From assembly GCA_964531655.1 (NCBI GenBank), contig CAZHDM010000003.1, positions 185,712 through 249,711 of the forward strand: DNA of 64,000 nt, written 5' to 3'. This DNA comes from an uncultured Flavipsychrobacter sp. GTDB taxonomy: Bacteria; Bacteroidota; Bacteroidia; Chitinophagales; Chitinophagaceae. The notes beneath the pieces were generated by a model, which was not told the DNA's origin, searched no databases, and saw only the letters and a program-made list of their open reading frames with translations. Shown piece after piece: positions 52,482-60,984 of the stretch. Every line of letters starts with the position of its first letter. The stretch's first letter is position 1. The position numbers and the translations under genes are program-made.

Positions 52482-54776
52482 CTATTTGATACCTGTAAGC
52501 TGTTGCATCTGTTTCATCAGCTCTTCTTCATAGTTCATGAGCGGAGCGTCAGTTGCAACAGCTTTTTTCATGTGCTCTCTGGCTTTATCACGATCGTTTT
52601 TAGCCCAGTACCCTTCCGCTAAATAAAGGTGTACTTTTTCATTGTCTTCGTTGAGCTCCAGAGAACGCTCCATACTTTCGATAACGGCATTCAGGTCGTC
52701 TACATTATTGGTACTCCTCCAGATGTTGCGCATACATACACCGTACGCGAAGTACAGATAGTCATTGAACTCGTCCAGCTCTATACTACGCTTTAAGTGT
52801 GGCTCAGCTGCCAGGAAATTACCTTTCATCAACTCAATATTTGCTAAGCCCAGATAGGTACTGCTTCTTTCTTTATCATAGTTCAACGACATGTTGAAAT
52901 ACATAGTTGCAGTATCCATCAGGCTACCTTGCCTGGCAGGTAGTGTTTCCCTTTTAGCCATTTCGAAGTAAGTATAGCCGATAGTACTAAGTGCTTCGCC
53001 ATTCTCTCCCAGCCCTGAACTCAATGCAGGTAAGAGGAGCTTTTTAGACACATTATAGTTGCCGACCATGTTGTAATACTTAGCAGCATACATAGGTGAT
53101 AGTTGGGGATCCTCTTCGTCATATGACACAGTCGGGTTGAGTAGTTTAGTAACTGCTATTGCCCATCCCGGATCGTTTGGCTCCTGCGGCCAGGTAAATA
53201 GTTTCTGTATAGAGAGGTTGGTATTGATAGGCTTGTTTTGCTCTGTCTCTCTCAGGAATATGATAGATATAGGATCTATGTACACTACATTAAAACCCTG
53301 ATTCCAATATAGCTGTTGTTGTACGCCTGTAAGCTGGGATGTACTTAATATTACATAGTTGAACTTGTAAGTAGAATCCAGCTCATAGAACTTGCGTGGA
53401 TTGTTATACATCTCAAAATATTCGTCAAAGAACTTTGAAGGGAATATATCCAGATCGCGAAGGTCTATATAGGACTTAAAGTCGGGATAAAGGTCCCAAA
53501 GCAGATAAGAGGATATGAAGTAATCTGAGAATGCAGTTCCTTGAATATTTTGTTGTCTTATAAAATCAGCAGCATTAGTAGGGTTGTGTAAGGTGCTGAT
53601 ATGTGCGCCATATCTGTTAGGCGATTCGGTGAACTTATAATAACCGTTACTAACTATAGCAATGTAAAATATTGCTGCTGCCACAGTACTGATGATCGTA
53701 GTTTTGGCAACTGCATTTTTGTAAAAAGACTTTTCAGAAAGCTTTGCTTTATCTGCTATGAATAACAGCAGTATCGGTACTGAAGGGAATAATGCTATCT
53801 GCGAAAAAGGTATGTTCCGATTGGCTGTTAATGATAAGTAGCCCAACACAGGAATAGAGATAAGGTAGCCTACAAATAGCGGTGAGAACTGGAGACCATT
53901 CTTCTCTTTTCTACTCTGCACTATTCTATATATCCAAAACACAACTACTAATACCAGCATAGTTACATGCACTTTTGCCTGTAGCGTCCAATAGCGGGGT
54001 TCAGTGAAGGAGAATAGCTCTGTAGTATACTTGTTAGCACCTAGCTGGCGGTATATCTCGAAAGGTTGCTTCCAGAGTTGTATCGTATTCGGGTTGAGCA
54101 AAATAACCAGTATAGCACCTAGGAAAATAGCACCGATTCTAATAGTGCTTTGTAGTTGCTCTTTATCCTTATTAATGAGATAAGAGAGTAAGCTACCACC
54201 TGCATATATACCGATGATAACAATACCTACAGGGTAACCTTCATGCATATTTGCCCACAGGCATTGTAATGGTACCAGCCATACAATACCCTTCCAGGAG
54301 AGCTTTGGAGTACGCCATAATATGAACATGTATAATACCGTCATGATGTGGCTGACCATCTCAGGACGACCAGCCATCCTGAACTCTGATAATGCCAAGA
54401 ACAATATAACCGCTACTACAGAGTAAAAAGTAGAAAGACGTTCTTCAAGATGCTTGGTGAATAGTGCTACTATGCGTAGTAGCAAATAGACTATAGCAAC
54501 ATTTATCAGACCTTGTAATAGCAATACTCCATGCGGACCAAAACCTTTCTCCAAAAATGCGATGATCACCTCATACAACCACTTCACATTTACCCAGCTA
54601 GTACCTTCCATGGTATAAGAGAAGGGATCGGTACGGGTAACGGCACCATGCTCCAGCATCCACTCGCCACTTAATAGCTGCCACCAGATGTCCGGCTCAC
54701 GCAATTGCTTTAGTCCTAATACAAATGCACAGAGGTAAGTAACTATATATGGTAGTTTAAAAAACTTCTTATTCAT
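52482..54776 (-). CDS. large polytopic membrane protein (GT-C-like) fused to C-terminal TPR repeats
   Basis: 764 aa. The first loop carries LREPDIWWQLLSGEW, followed by about 12 or more TM segments and then TPR-like repeats (LGLANIELMKGNFLAAEPHLKRSIELD, LYLAEGYWAKNDRDKAREHMKKAV). Confidence 0.55.
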   Translation of the reverse strand: MNKKFFKLPYIVTYLCAFVLGLKQLREPDIWWQLLSGEWMLEHGAVTRTDPFSYTMEGTSWVNVKWLYEVIIAFLEKGFGPHGVLLLQGLINVAIVYLLLRIVALFTKHLEERLSTFYSVVAVILFLALSEFRMAGRPEMVSHIMTVLYMFILWRTPKLSWKGIVWLVPLQCLWANMHEGYPVGIVIIGIYAGGSLLSYLINKDKEQLQSTIRIGAIFLGAILVILLNPNTIQLWKQPFEIYRQLGANKYTTELFSFTEPRYWTLQAKVHVTMLVLVVVFWIYRIVQSRKEKNGLQFSPLFVGYLISIPVLGYLSLTANRNIPFSQIALFPSVPILLLFIADKAKLSEKSFYKNAVAKTTIISTVAAAIFYIAIVSNGYYKFTESPNRYGAHISTLHNPTNAADFIRQQNIQGTAFSDYFISSYLLWDLYPDFKSYIDLRDLDIFPSKFFDEYFEMYNNPRKFYELDSTYKFNYVILSTSQLTGVQQQLYWNQGFNVVYIDPISIIFLRETEQNKPINTNLSIQKLFTWPQEPNDPGWAIAVTKLLNPTVSYDEEDPQLSPMYAAKYYNMVGNYNVSKKLLLPALSSGLGENGEALSTIGYTYFEMAKRETLPARQGSLMDTATMYFNMSLNYDKERSSTYLGLANIELMKGNFLAAEPHLKRSIELDEFNDYLYFAYGVCMRNIWRSTNNVDDLNAVIESMERSLELNEDNEKVHLYLAEGYWAKNDRDKAREHMKKAVATDAPLMNYEEELMKQMQQLTGIK

Positions 54777-54851
54777 GAGTGGCTGTATTCAATATAATAA
54801 GGACTGGAAAATACGTATAAATGATAGGTTACGGAACTTATATAAGTATTT

Positions 54852-55649
54852 TTGAGTGTAGCCGTTTATCATATCATCTATAACCATATATCTGTAGTAG
54901 TTCCCAGCAATTCAGTTTTAAATTATTTACAAAAGAAGTTTCCTTATACTTCTACTAAAGACTATCCGTATAAGCATGATAAAAAGCTAAAGAAGAAATT
55001 TAGTAGAGCCAGTCTCCTAGCGATATTTGTTGTGCTTATTTACTTATTCGTCTGGCCTCCATTTTACGCTGCTATATTTTACGTCTTCACTACAGCATTC
55101 TACGAAGTATCGCTATCAACTACTGAAATATATTATGCTCCACACTGGTTAATCTATTCAGTCGCAGGCCTGTTTTTTACTATAAGCACACTTATATGGC
55201 TATATGAATGGACATTTATGCTCTATTTCCAGAGTGATTATGAGCAGTTTTCAGACTTTTATGATAATCAACAGATGTATGATAATAAAAAGGCGGGAGT
55301 ATGGCTTGCTAAGATAGGGTTTGTACTCACTCTGATCGTTGCACCTTTTACATTTACATCGAAAGTGATTTTATATAATGATGGTGTAACAATAAATCAG
55401 TTTGTAGATGTATGTTCTCATACATACCCATTCTCTGAAGTGTCACATATAGTTTACTATGATAAACACGAAAATAAAAATGGTGTGATTAATGATTATC
55501 AGAACTACGTTTATTCCTTCTCAGATGGATATAAATTTTCAGCAGGTTTTTACTTTAGCGATGTCTCCCTTTCTAAAAAATTTTCAGAGGAACTTTCTAA
55601 ACGTTCCGGAAAAGCTATTGAATATATTCAAGTGAAACCTTATGAATGA
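54852..55649 (+). CDS. hypothetical membrane protein (AT-rich, TTG start)
   Basis: About 4 TM segments. No in-frame ATG in the first ~100 codons, so the start is uncertain. Confidence 0.45.
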   Translation: MSVAVYHIIYNHISVVVPSNSVLNYLQKKFPYTSTKDYPYKHDKKLKKKFSRASLLAIFVVLIYLFVWPPFYAAIFYVFTTAFYEVSLSTTEIYYAPHWLIYSVAGLFFTISTLIWLYEWTFMLYFQSDYEQFSDFYDNQQMYDNKKAGVWLAKIGFVLTLIVAPFTFTSKVILYNDGVTINQFVDVCSHTYPFSEVSHIVYYDKHENKNGVINDYQNYVYSFSDGYKFSAGFYFSDVSLSKKFSEELSKRSGKAIEYIQVKPYE

Positions 55650-55651
55650 AG

Positions 55652-55680
55652 AAAGGGTATGAGCTGAGCTCATACCCTTT
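55652..55680. terminator. bidirectional terminator between convergent genes
   Basis: AAAGGGTATGAGC-TGA-GCTCATACCCTTT, a perfect 13-bp stem. Confidence 0.8.
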
Positions 55681-55705
55681 AAGTGTATATGTATGCTAGT
55701 TTATG

Positions 55706-56512
55706 TTATTGTACTATCACCTGTGTACCCAGGTCTGTTTCGTTACCATAAGTAACGTTAATACCATTAACTACAACATCAAGATAGCCAGCTGCTGCTG
55801 CATCATAAGTTATAGTATATGTACCTTCAGGTAAACCTGCAAATACAAAATATCCGTTTGCATCAGGAATAGCTGCATATGTATCTACTCCGTTATCTGC
55901 ATATACAGTTACTAATGCTTGTAAAGGTGTTACATAACCTTTAATACGACCATCAGTAAGTGCAGAATATGCTCTAATAACAGGCTTCAGATTATATTTA
56001 CCGTTGCCAGTCTCCACTATTGACTTACCTGCATCAAAATCTATCCATACTGTGTAAGAGCCACCAGCTTCAAATCTTTGGTTTAGATTAAGTTTTAAAC
56101 CACTTTGCTGTGCAGATGGTGTTTTTAACGGTTCTACATTACCATTAACTACTACAGAGTTGTTTGGTCCTAATATCAATCTTATTTGAGATATATTACC
56201 TGCAGGTACATCAGCCCTTACTAATAAAGTATCTAAACCATTTCTGAACTTCAATAGGTCATAAATACCCGGACGTACAGGTGTTAATACTACAGGTGAG
56301 CTACCTTCCATAGTTACCTCAACTTGCTGAATATCAATGTATACTGCATCGTAATTTGCAGGATTGTCAGTCAGCATGAAATTTACAGATGCTTGTCCTC
56401 CGTTATTACCACCGCTGGGTGTTGCACCATCATCATCTTTGTTACAAGCATAAACTGTTAGCAACAATAATGCTGCCAGAGACAATAGCGAATACGTGAT
56501 CGTCTTTTTCAT
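55706..56512 (-). CDS. lipoprotein with a DUF4382-like N-domain and a carboxypeptidase-regulatory-like C-domain
   Basis: Lipobox LTVYAC, VYIDIQQVEV..., and a C-terminal IKGYVTP...ANGYFVFAGLPEGTYTITY. Confidence 0.65.
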   Translation of the reverse strand: MKKTITYSLLSLAALLLLTVYACNKDDDGATPSGGNNGGQASVNFMLTDNPANYDAVYIDIQQVEVTMEGSSPVVLTPVRPGIYDLLKFRNGLDTLLVRADVPAGNISQIRLILGPNNSVVVNGNVEPLKTPSAQQSGLKLNLNQRFEAGGSYTVWIDFDAGKSIVETGNGKYNLKPVIRAYSALTDGRIKGYVTPLQALVTVYADNGVDTYAAIPDANGYFVFAGLPEGTYTITYDAAAAGYLDVVVNGINVTYGNETDLGTQVIVQ

Positions 56513-56614
56513 AATTCTTAGTTTTTTGCACCGCCTTTTTTCATAGAGCGTAATTGTATCAACATTGGAGACTATGAATGGTTTAACCGTGCATTAAAAA
56601 AATATGTTAAAGCC

Positions 56615-56640
56615 AAAAAAGCCCGGCAAAAATGCCGGGC
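56615..56640 (-). terminator. rho-independent terminator ending the TonB-receptor operon
   Basis: The minus strand reads GCCCGGCA-TTTT-TGCCGGGC followed by TTTTTT. Confidence 0.85.
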
Positions 56641-56671
56641 CGTTACTATTACTAATACTACTATGGGAAAA

Positions 56672-57358
56672 TTATTCTTCTATCTTTTCTGAATCTGCAA
56701 CATCCTCCTTTTCAGGTTTAGTGCATTGTGCTATGAAGTATTCATTAGCATATTTACCCCAGAACGGATCTTCCATATTATCTGTACTCTCATTGGCAAA
56801 GTAGCCACTAGCTTTTTCAAAATATTCCAGTGCCTTTTTAGGTCCTCCACCAAATGCTTTTGGTGTGAAATATTTACTGGTACCCATCAGATAATATATT
56901 CTAGGGTTTTCTTCGTTGATCTCTTTAGCGGCTCTCAGATTCTCTTCAAATATCTTGCCCTGAGTTTGCCATCTATTCTTACCATCTACTGCCATACGTG
57001 CCTGAGCCAACATAGCTTTTAGTACGTGTATCTCATCATCTTCTTTACCCAATAAGCTCACAGCTTCGCCCAATTCAGCTTCTGCCTCATCTACATAGGC
57101 ATCTTTCTTAGTAGCATCCTGCTCATAGTAAGACAGGTTAGCCTTAGCATAGGCTACATAATAGTGCGGTGCCCACTCATCTTTCCATTTCTTAGCTATA
57201 AGCCCCAACTTATTAGCCTGCGCTGTTTTTACAGTCACATCTTGAGTGGTATCAAATGCCATGAATGTCTTTTTCAACACCTCGTTCATATCCTGAGCAT
57301 TTGTATTGAAGCTCAGTAGTAGAGGCATTGCCAATAGTAGAATGTAACTTTTCATCAT
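56672..57358 (-). CDS. hypothetical secreted all-helical (TPR-like) protein
   Basis: Start trimmed to MMKSYILLLAMPLLLSFNTNAQ. Helical repeats rich in A/K/E/Y. Confidence 0.6.
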   Translation of the reverse strand: MMKSYILLLAMPLLLSFNTNAQDMNEVLKKTFMAFDTTQDVTVKTAQANKLGLIAKKWKDEWAPHYYVAYAKANLSYYEQDATKKDAYVDEAEAELGEAVSLLGKEDDEIHVLKAMLAQARMAVDGKNRWQTQGKIFEENLRAAKEINEENPRIYYLMGTSKYFTPKAFGGGPKKALEYFEKASGYFANESTDNMEDPFWGKYANEYFIAQCTKPEKEDVADSEKIEE

Positions 57359-57386
57359 TTTAGTTTTATCAGTTTTGGTTTGTGTC

Positions 57387-59540
57387 TTATAATTCATCTA
57401 CATCAAATGCAGTCAGCGAGAAGTTCATACCTACAAAGACAGACCTGTTAAGTGCCGGTAGTATCGGGTATCTGACTCCATTATTATATCTGTAGCCGAA
57501 AATGTTTTTCTGATTGGTAACGTTGCTCACACCTGCAAATATCACAGTAAAGAACTTACCAATAGACCTTAAGTGATTGACCGTGAACGACAGGTTATGA
57601 AAATCAGGTGTTCTGTCGCTCATAAACTCTGTACTGCTCGGGTTATAATACGGTCTGCCGCTCGCATAGTTATAAGTAACATTGAGCTGTGTTTCTATCT
57701 TTTGGAAGAAGTACTTAGTTACCACATTCAGGTTATGTGTGGCTATAAAGTCAGGCTGTGCTTCTGCAACATAGTTTTTGTACAATCTGCGCGTATCAAT
57801 ATAGCTATACGATATCCAATAGTCACCATTCTTTACTGTTGTTCTATCTCTCCAGAACAGCTCTAACCCCTGCGCATAACCATAACCACTATTATCAACC
57901 ATGCCTACAGGTATGCGGAAGTTATTAGGGTCAAAGCCATTGTTCAACTTTTCGCGTACCAGTTGATTATAATCTTTATAATATGCTTCCAGACGCAATG
58001 TCCTGTCATTATTCATGTACTGGTAGTTGGCAATGTAATGCACTGCATTTTGTAAGCCCGGGCGATAACCCATTGTATAATACAGTGGGTCTGCCAACTG
58101 ATAGAATATGCCACTAGCTACAGAGAACTGACCATGCAAGCCTGAACGTATAGCTGCTGCAAAGCGTGGGGCTACTGCACTCTGTGCTACTATAGCGCTA
58201 TGCTCGTAGCGTATACCGGGTTTTAGTGCCAACCAGTTGACAGGTATTAGCTCTACCTCTGCATAGCCGGCAATTTGTGTTTCGTCAAAACCTGTTTTGT
58301 AACCTCCGAAGCTCCTGTTGTAAGAGAACTGCTGTAACTCTGTACCCAAGAGAATATTAAATAAAGTACCACCATAATATTTACCCTCCAATCTTAATTG
58401 TGAACGATCATCATTGCTTTTTAAATCTGTACCTCCGAAGTTGATATCATCATCATTATAACTGTACATACCTGCGGCATATACACCCCATTTATCTTTC
58501 CATGTATGCTTGTAAGAAACAACGCTGTATACATTAGAGTTCTTCACACCAAAGTCCAGTGTTTTGCTGGCATCAGAAGGGTCTGGTAGTCTTGTACCAT
58601 TCTGAAATTGCTGATAGTTGACCAAAGTCTTCAGTATACCATTCTTAGATGGCTGATAAGTAAACTTTGCAGAGCCACCATAACCTGTAGGCGGGTCGTA
58701 AAAGTCGAAGTTGGTATTAGCTATCTTATAAAAAGGTGCTACGTTGGTATAATTGGCAGAACCTTCTATACTTGTCTTTTTAAACAGCTTAGATGCTGAA
58801 GCATACGTACCCGCCATATGTGCACCAAAGTTGATAGTACTTTTATCCGGCAGGTCTTTACTATCCAGCTCTAATACCGATGATAATGCCTGACCATATC
58901 TCGCACTATACCCTCCACTGCTGAATGATACTCCTTTGAACTGAAATGGCCCGAAACGGCTTCTGGCAGCTACACCCGGTGCGCTTGTCAAAAATGCATT
59001 CTGTGCGACCAGACCGTCAATCACTACCATTGCCTCACTGGCATCGCCACCACGTACAAATAACCCCGTCTGGTCGCCTTGCTGCTGTGTACCCGGTAGG
59101 GTTTGTATCGCCTTTATCACATCTGCCTGCGCACCCGCAGTAGTTACTATATCTAATGGTTTTAATATCGTTCCCTCACTGGCAGAAGCTTCGAATGAGC
59201 CTGCAGTAACTGTCACATTCTGTAGTTGGATCTTAGATTGCTTCATCCTCACTACTACATCAGCAACATCACCATCTACAGTAATAGGCAAGCCTGCACT
59301 CTGGTAGCTCATCTCTTCTGCTACAATTGTTTGCGCACCTTTCTCTTCTGTAACGAACTTAAATATACCTGAACTGTCAGTAGTACCACCGTCAATAGTA
59401 TTATCCAGATATACACTTACGCCCGGTATTGGCTTACCGCTATAATCGGTCACTTTCCCGCTAATGGTAGATTGTGCATAAGCCTGCTGCATACCAAAGG
59501 AGAAAACTGTAAGTAATAGTAAGTGTAGTAGTAAGCGCAT
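57387..59540 (-). CDS. TonB-dependent receptor with a carboxypeptidase-regulatory-like N-domain
   Basis: Start trimmed to MRLLLHLLLLTVFSFGMQQAYAQ. Contains ISGKVTDYSGKPIPGVSVYLDNTIDGGTTDSSGIFKF and a beta-barrel body. Confidence 0.85.
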   Translation of the reverse strand: MRLLLHLLLLTVFSFGMQQAYAQSTISGKVTDYSGKPIPGVSVYLDNTIDGGTTDSSGIFKFVTEEKGAQTIVAEEMSYQSAGLPITVDGDVADVVVRMKQSKIQLQNVTVTAGSFEASASEGTILKPLDIVTTAGAQADVIKAIQTLPGTQQQGDQTGLFVRGGDASEAMVVIDGLVAQNAFLTSAPGVAARSRFGPFQFKGVSFSSGGYSARYGQALSSVLELDSKDLPDKSTINFGAHMAGTYASASKLFKKTSIEGSANYTNVAPFYKIANTNFDFYDPPTGYGGSAKFTYQPSKNGILKTLVNYQQFQNGTRLPDPSDASKTLDFGVKNSNVYSVVSYKHTWKDKWGVYAAGMYSYNDDDINFGGTDLKSNDDRSQLRLEGKYYGGTLFNILLGTELQQFSYNRSFGGYKTGFDETQIAGYAEVELIPVNWLALKPGIRYEHSAIVAQSAVAPRFAAAIRSGLHGQFSVASGIFYQLADPLYYTMGYRPGLQNAVHYIANYQYMNNDRTLRLEAYYKDYNQLVREKLNNGFDPNNFRIPVGMVDNSGYGYAQGLELFWRDRTTVKNGDYWISYSYIDTRRLYKNYVAEAQPDFIATHNLNVVTKYFFQKIETQLNVTYNYASGRPYYNPSSTEFMSDRTPDFHNLSFTVNHLRSIGKFFTVIFAGVSNVTNQKNIFGYRYNNGVRYPILPALNRSVFVGMNFSLTAFDVDEL

Positions 59541-59611
59541 AGTGTAATTGTATGTAGCAAATGTAGTGTAGGTGTTATTAGCACAAAACAATATATCGGG
59601 GAGATTTTGAA

Positions 59612-59644
59612 AATGGTCGGTAAGCGGGTGAGAATGGTCGGTAA
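59612..59644. repeat. 12-bp direct repeat AATGGTCGGTAA x2 with 21-bp phasing in a divergent promoter region
   Basis: Copies at 59612-59623 and 59633-59644. The extended match is GA(A/G)AATGGTCGGTAA. Confidence 0.7.
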
Positions 59645-59710
59645 ATTTTCCCGATTATGTAAAACATATGGCATGATTGTTGAAAATGTTCTTTTTAAAA
59701 CCAATCCTAT

Positions 59711-60568
59711 ATGTCACGCATACTTATACCACTATTACTACTATGCACGCTATTTCTTAGCTCTTGCTATCAGAATATGCACTTTGCCGACCGCGCTAAT
59801 AGCCCGGGGCTTACTAAAAGGGGCGAGCTGAAAGCCGTAGCTGCCTTTAAACCTACTGTAAGCGAAGCCGTGCCGGATACCACAGGTGCCAGAAGCATTA
59901 ATACATCCGTTGTTTCTCCTGAAATAGATGTGGCTTATGCTATAACGGATCATATAGCTATTACTGCAGGTTATACCAGTGTACTGAACAGGTACGTAGA
60001 AGAAAACAGAGTACGCGGGCTGGGTAGAGACAGAACCAGAAGCTATTACGACACTACTATCGGCGGCCTGATCGTACTACATGGAGGTGAGGTAGGTGCA
60101 GGATATTTCGGTAAAACTAATAAGGCCTTCAAATATGGGATATACGGTACACTGGGATTCGGGGGTGTGAAACGCAGAGGTATCGTGTTGCCTAACTATA
60201 ATTATACGACCAACTTCTTCAAATACTCGATACAGCCTGAGGTAGGTCTTGGACCGAATGGTGGGAAGATATTCTCCTTTACGGCAGGCGGGAGAATAAC
60301 AGGATTTAAATACTACAATTTCAAATCGAATGATCCACTCACTAAATATGCGGTGGGTGAATACAGCCCTAAGTATGGGCTAGACGTTACTAATAGAATG
60401 TTCTACTACTTTGAGCCTTATGTGAACCTGGAAGTAGGCTATCAGTTTGTGAAGTTCAACTTTCAGGTTGGTTTTACAGCAGGCTTGTCTGACGAGTCAA
60501 CGAGTATCGGCGACTCACCATATCTAAGCATCGGGGTACTGTTTCACAGAGACCCTGCGTATTTCTAA
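59711..60568 (+). CDS. hypothetical outer-membrane-type lipoprotein (beta-barrel-like)
   Basis: Lipobox LFLSSC. Gly/Tyr-rich alternating strands and a C-terminal ...DPAYF. Confidence 0.55.
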   Translation: MSRILIPLLLLCTLFLSSCYQNMHFADRANSPGLTKRGELKAVAAFKPTVSEAVPDTTGARSINTSVVSPEIDVAYAITDHIAITAGYTSVLNRYVEENRVRGLGRDRTRSYYDTTIGGLIVLHGGEVGAGYFGKTNKAFKYGIYGTLGFGGVKRRGIVLPNYNYTTNFFKYSIQPEVGLGPNGGKIFSFTAGGRITGFKYYNFKSNDPLTKYAVGEYSPKYGLDVTNRMFYYFEPYVNLEVGYQFVKFNFQVGFTAGLSDESTSIGDSPYLSIGVLFHRDPAYF

Positions 60569-60855
60569 ACGTGGATCAGCTCTTTCTTAATGGTTTTCAG
60601 ATATTTAGGCTCCATACCTTTGCGCTGAGCTACGTATACTTTTTTCTCAAGTAGCTGCTCCAGCTCGTCTTCAAGGTCTACAAAACGGATGCCTATAGGT
60701 CTGTCGAGGGTTACGAGTATATCTACCAGATCCCCGTCTTTTTCCTCCCCTCTACTGTAGGGGCCAAACAGAGCTATATCTGTGACACTATACCTACGCT
60801 TAAGGGATGTTTTTGCTGTTTTTAATTTTTCAATGATTTCCTGACCGCTTGCCAT
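60565..60855 (-). CDS. minimal nucleotidyltransferase (MntA-like antitoxin family), solitary
   Basis: LFGPYSRGEEKDGDLVDILV matches the G-x-x-x-R-G-E ... D-x-D polymerase-beta NTase motif. 96 aa. Confidence 0.75.
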   Translation of the reverse strand: MASGQEIIEKLKTAKTSLKRRYSVTDIALFGPYSRGEEKDGDLVDILVTLDRPIGIRFVDLEDELEQLLEKKVYVAQRKGMEPKYLKTIKKELIHV

Positions 60856-60984
60856 GACAATAATATACGAATTTATTATTAAACAGTGCCTGTTGGATTC
60901 TGTATCAAGGGGTTAGTACAAATATAATGCATGCTGAGGAAATGGTTTGGGTGGGGAATGTGTAGTACAATATAGGAAGTAATT

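Noticed and set aside
59607-59831. 74-aa ORF beginning MKMVGKRVRMVGKF.
   Set aside because: The repeated MVGK reflects the 21-bp direct DNA repeat in the divergent promoter region. The ORF also overlaps the better-supported lipoprotein gene starting at 59711 in another frame.
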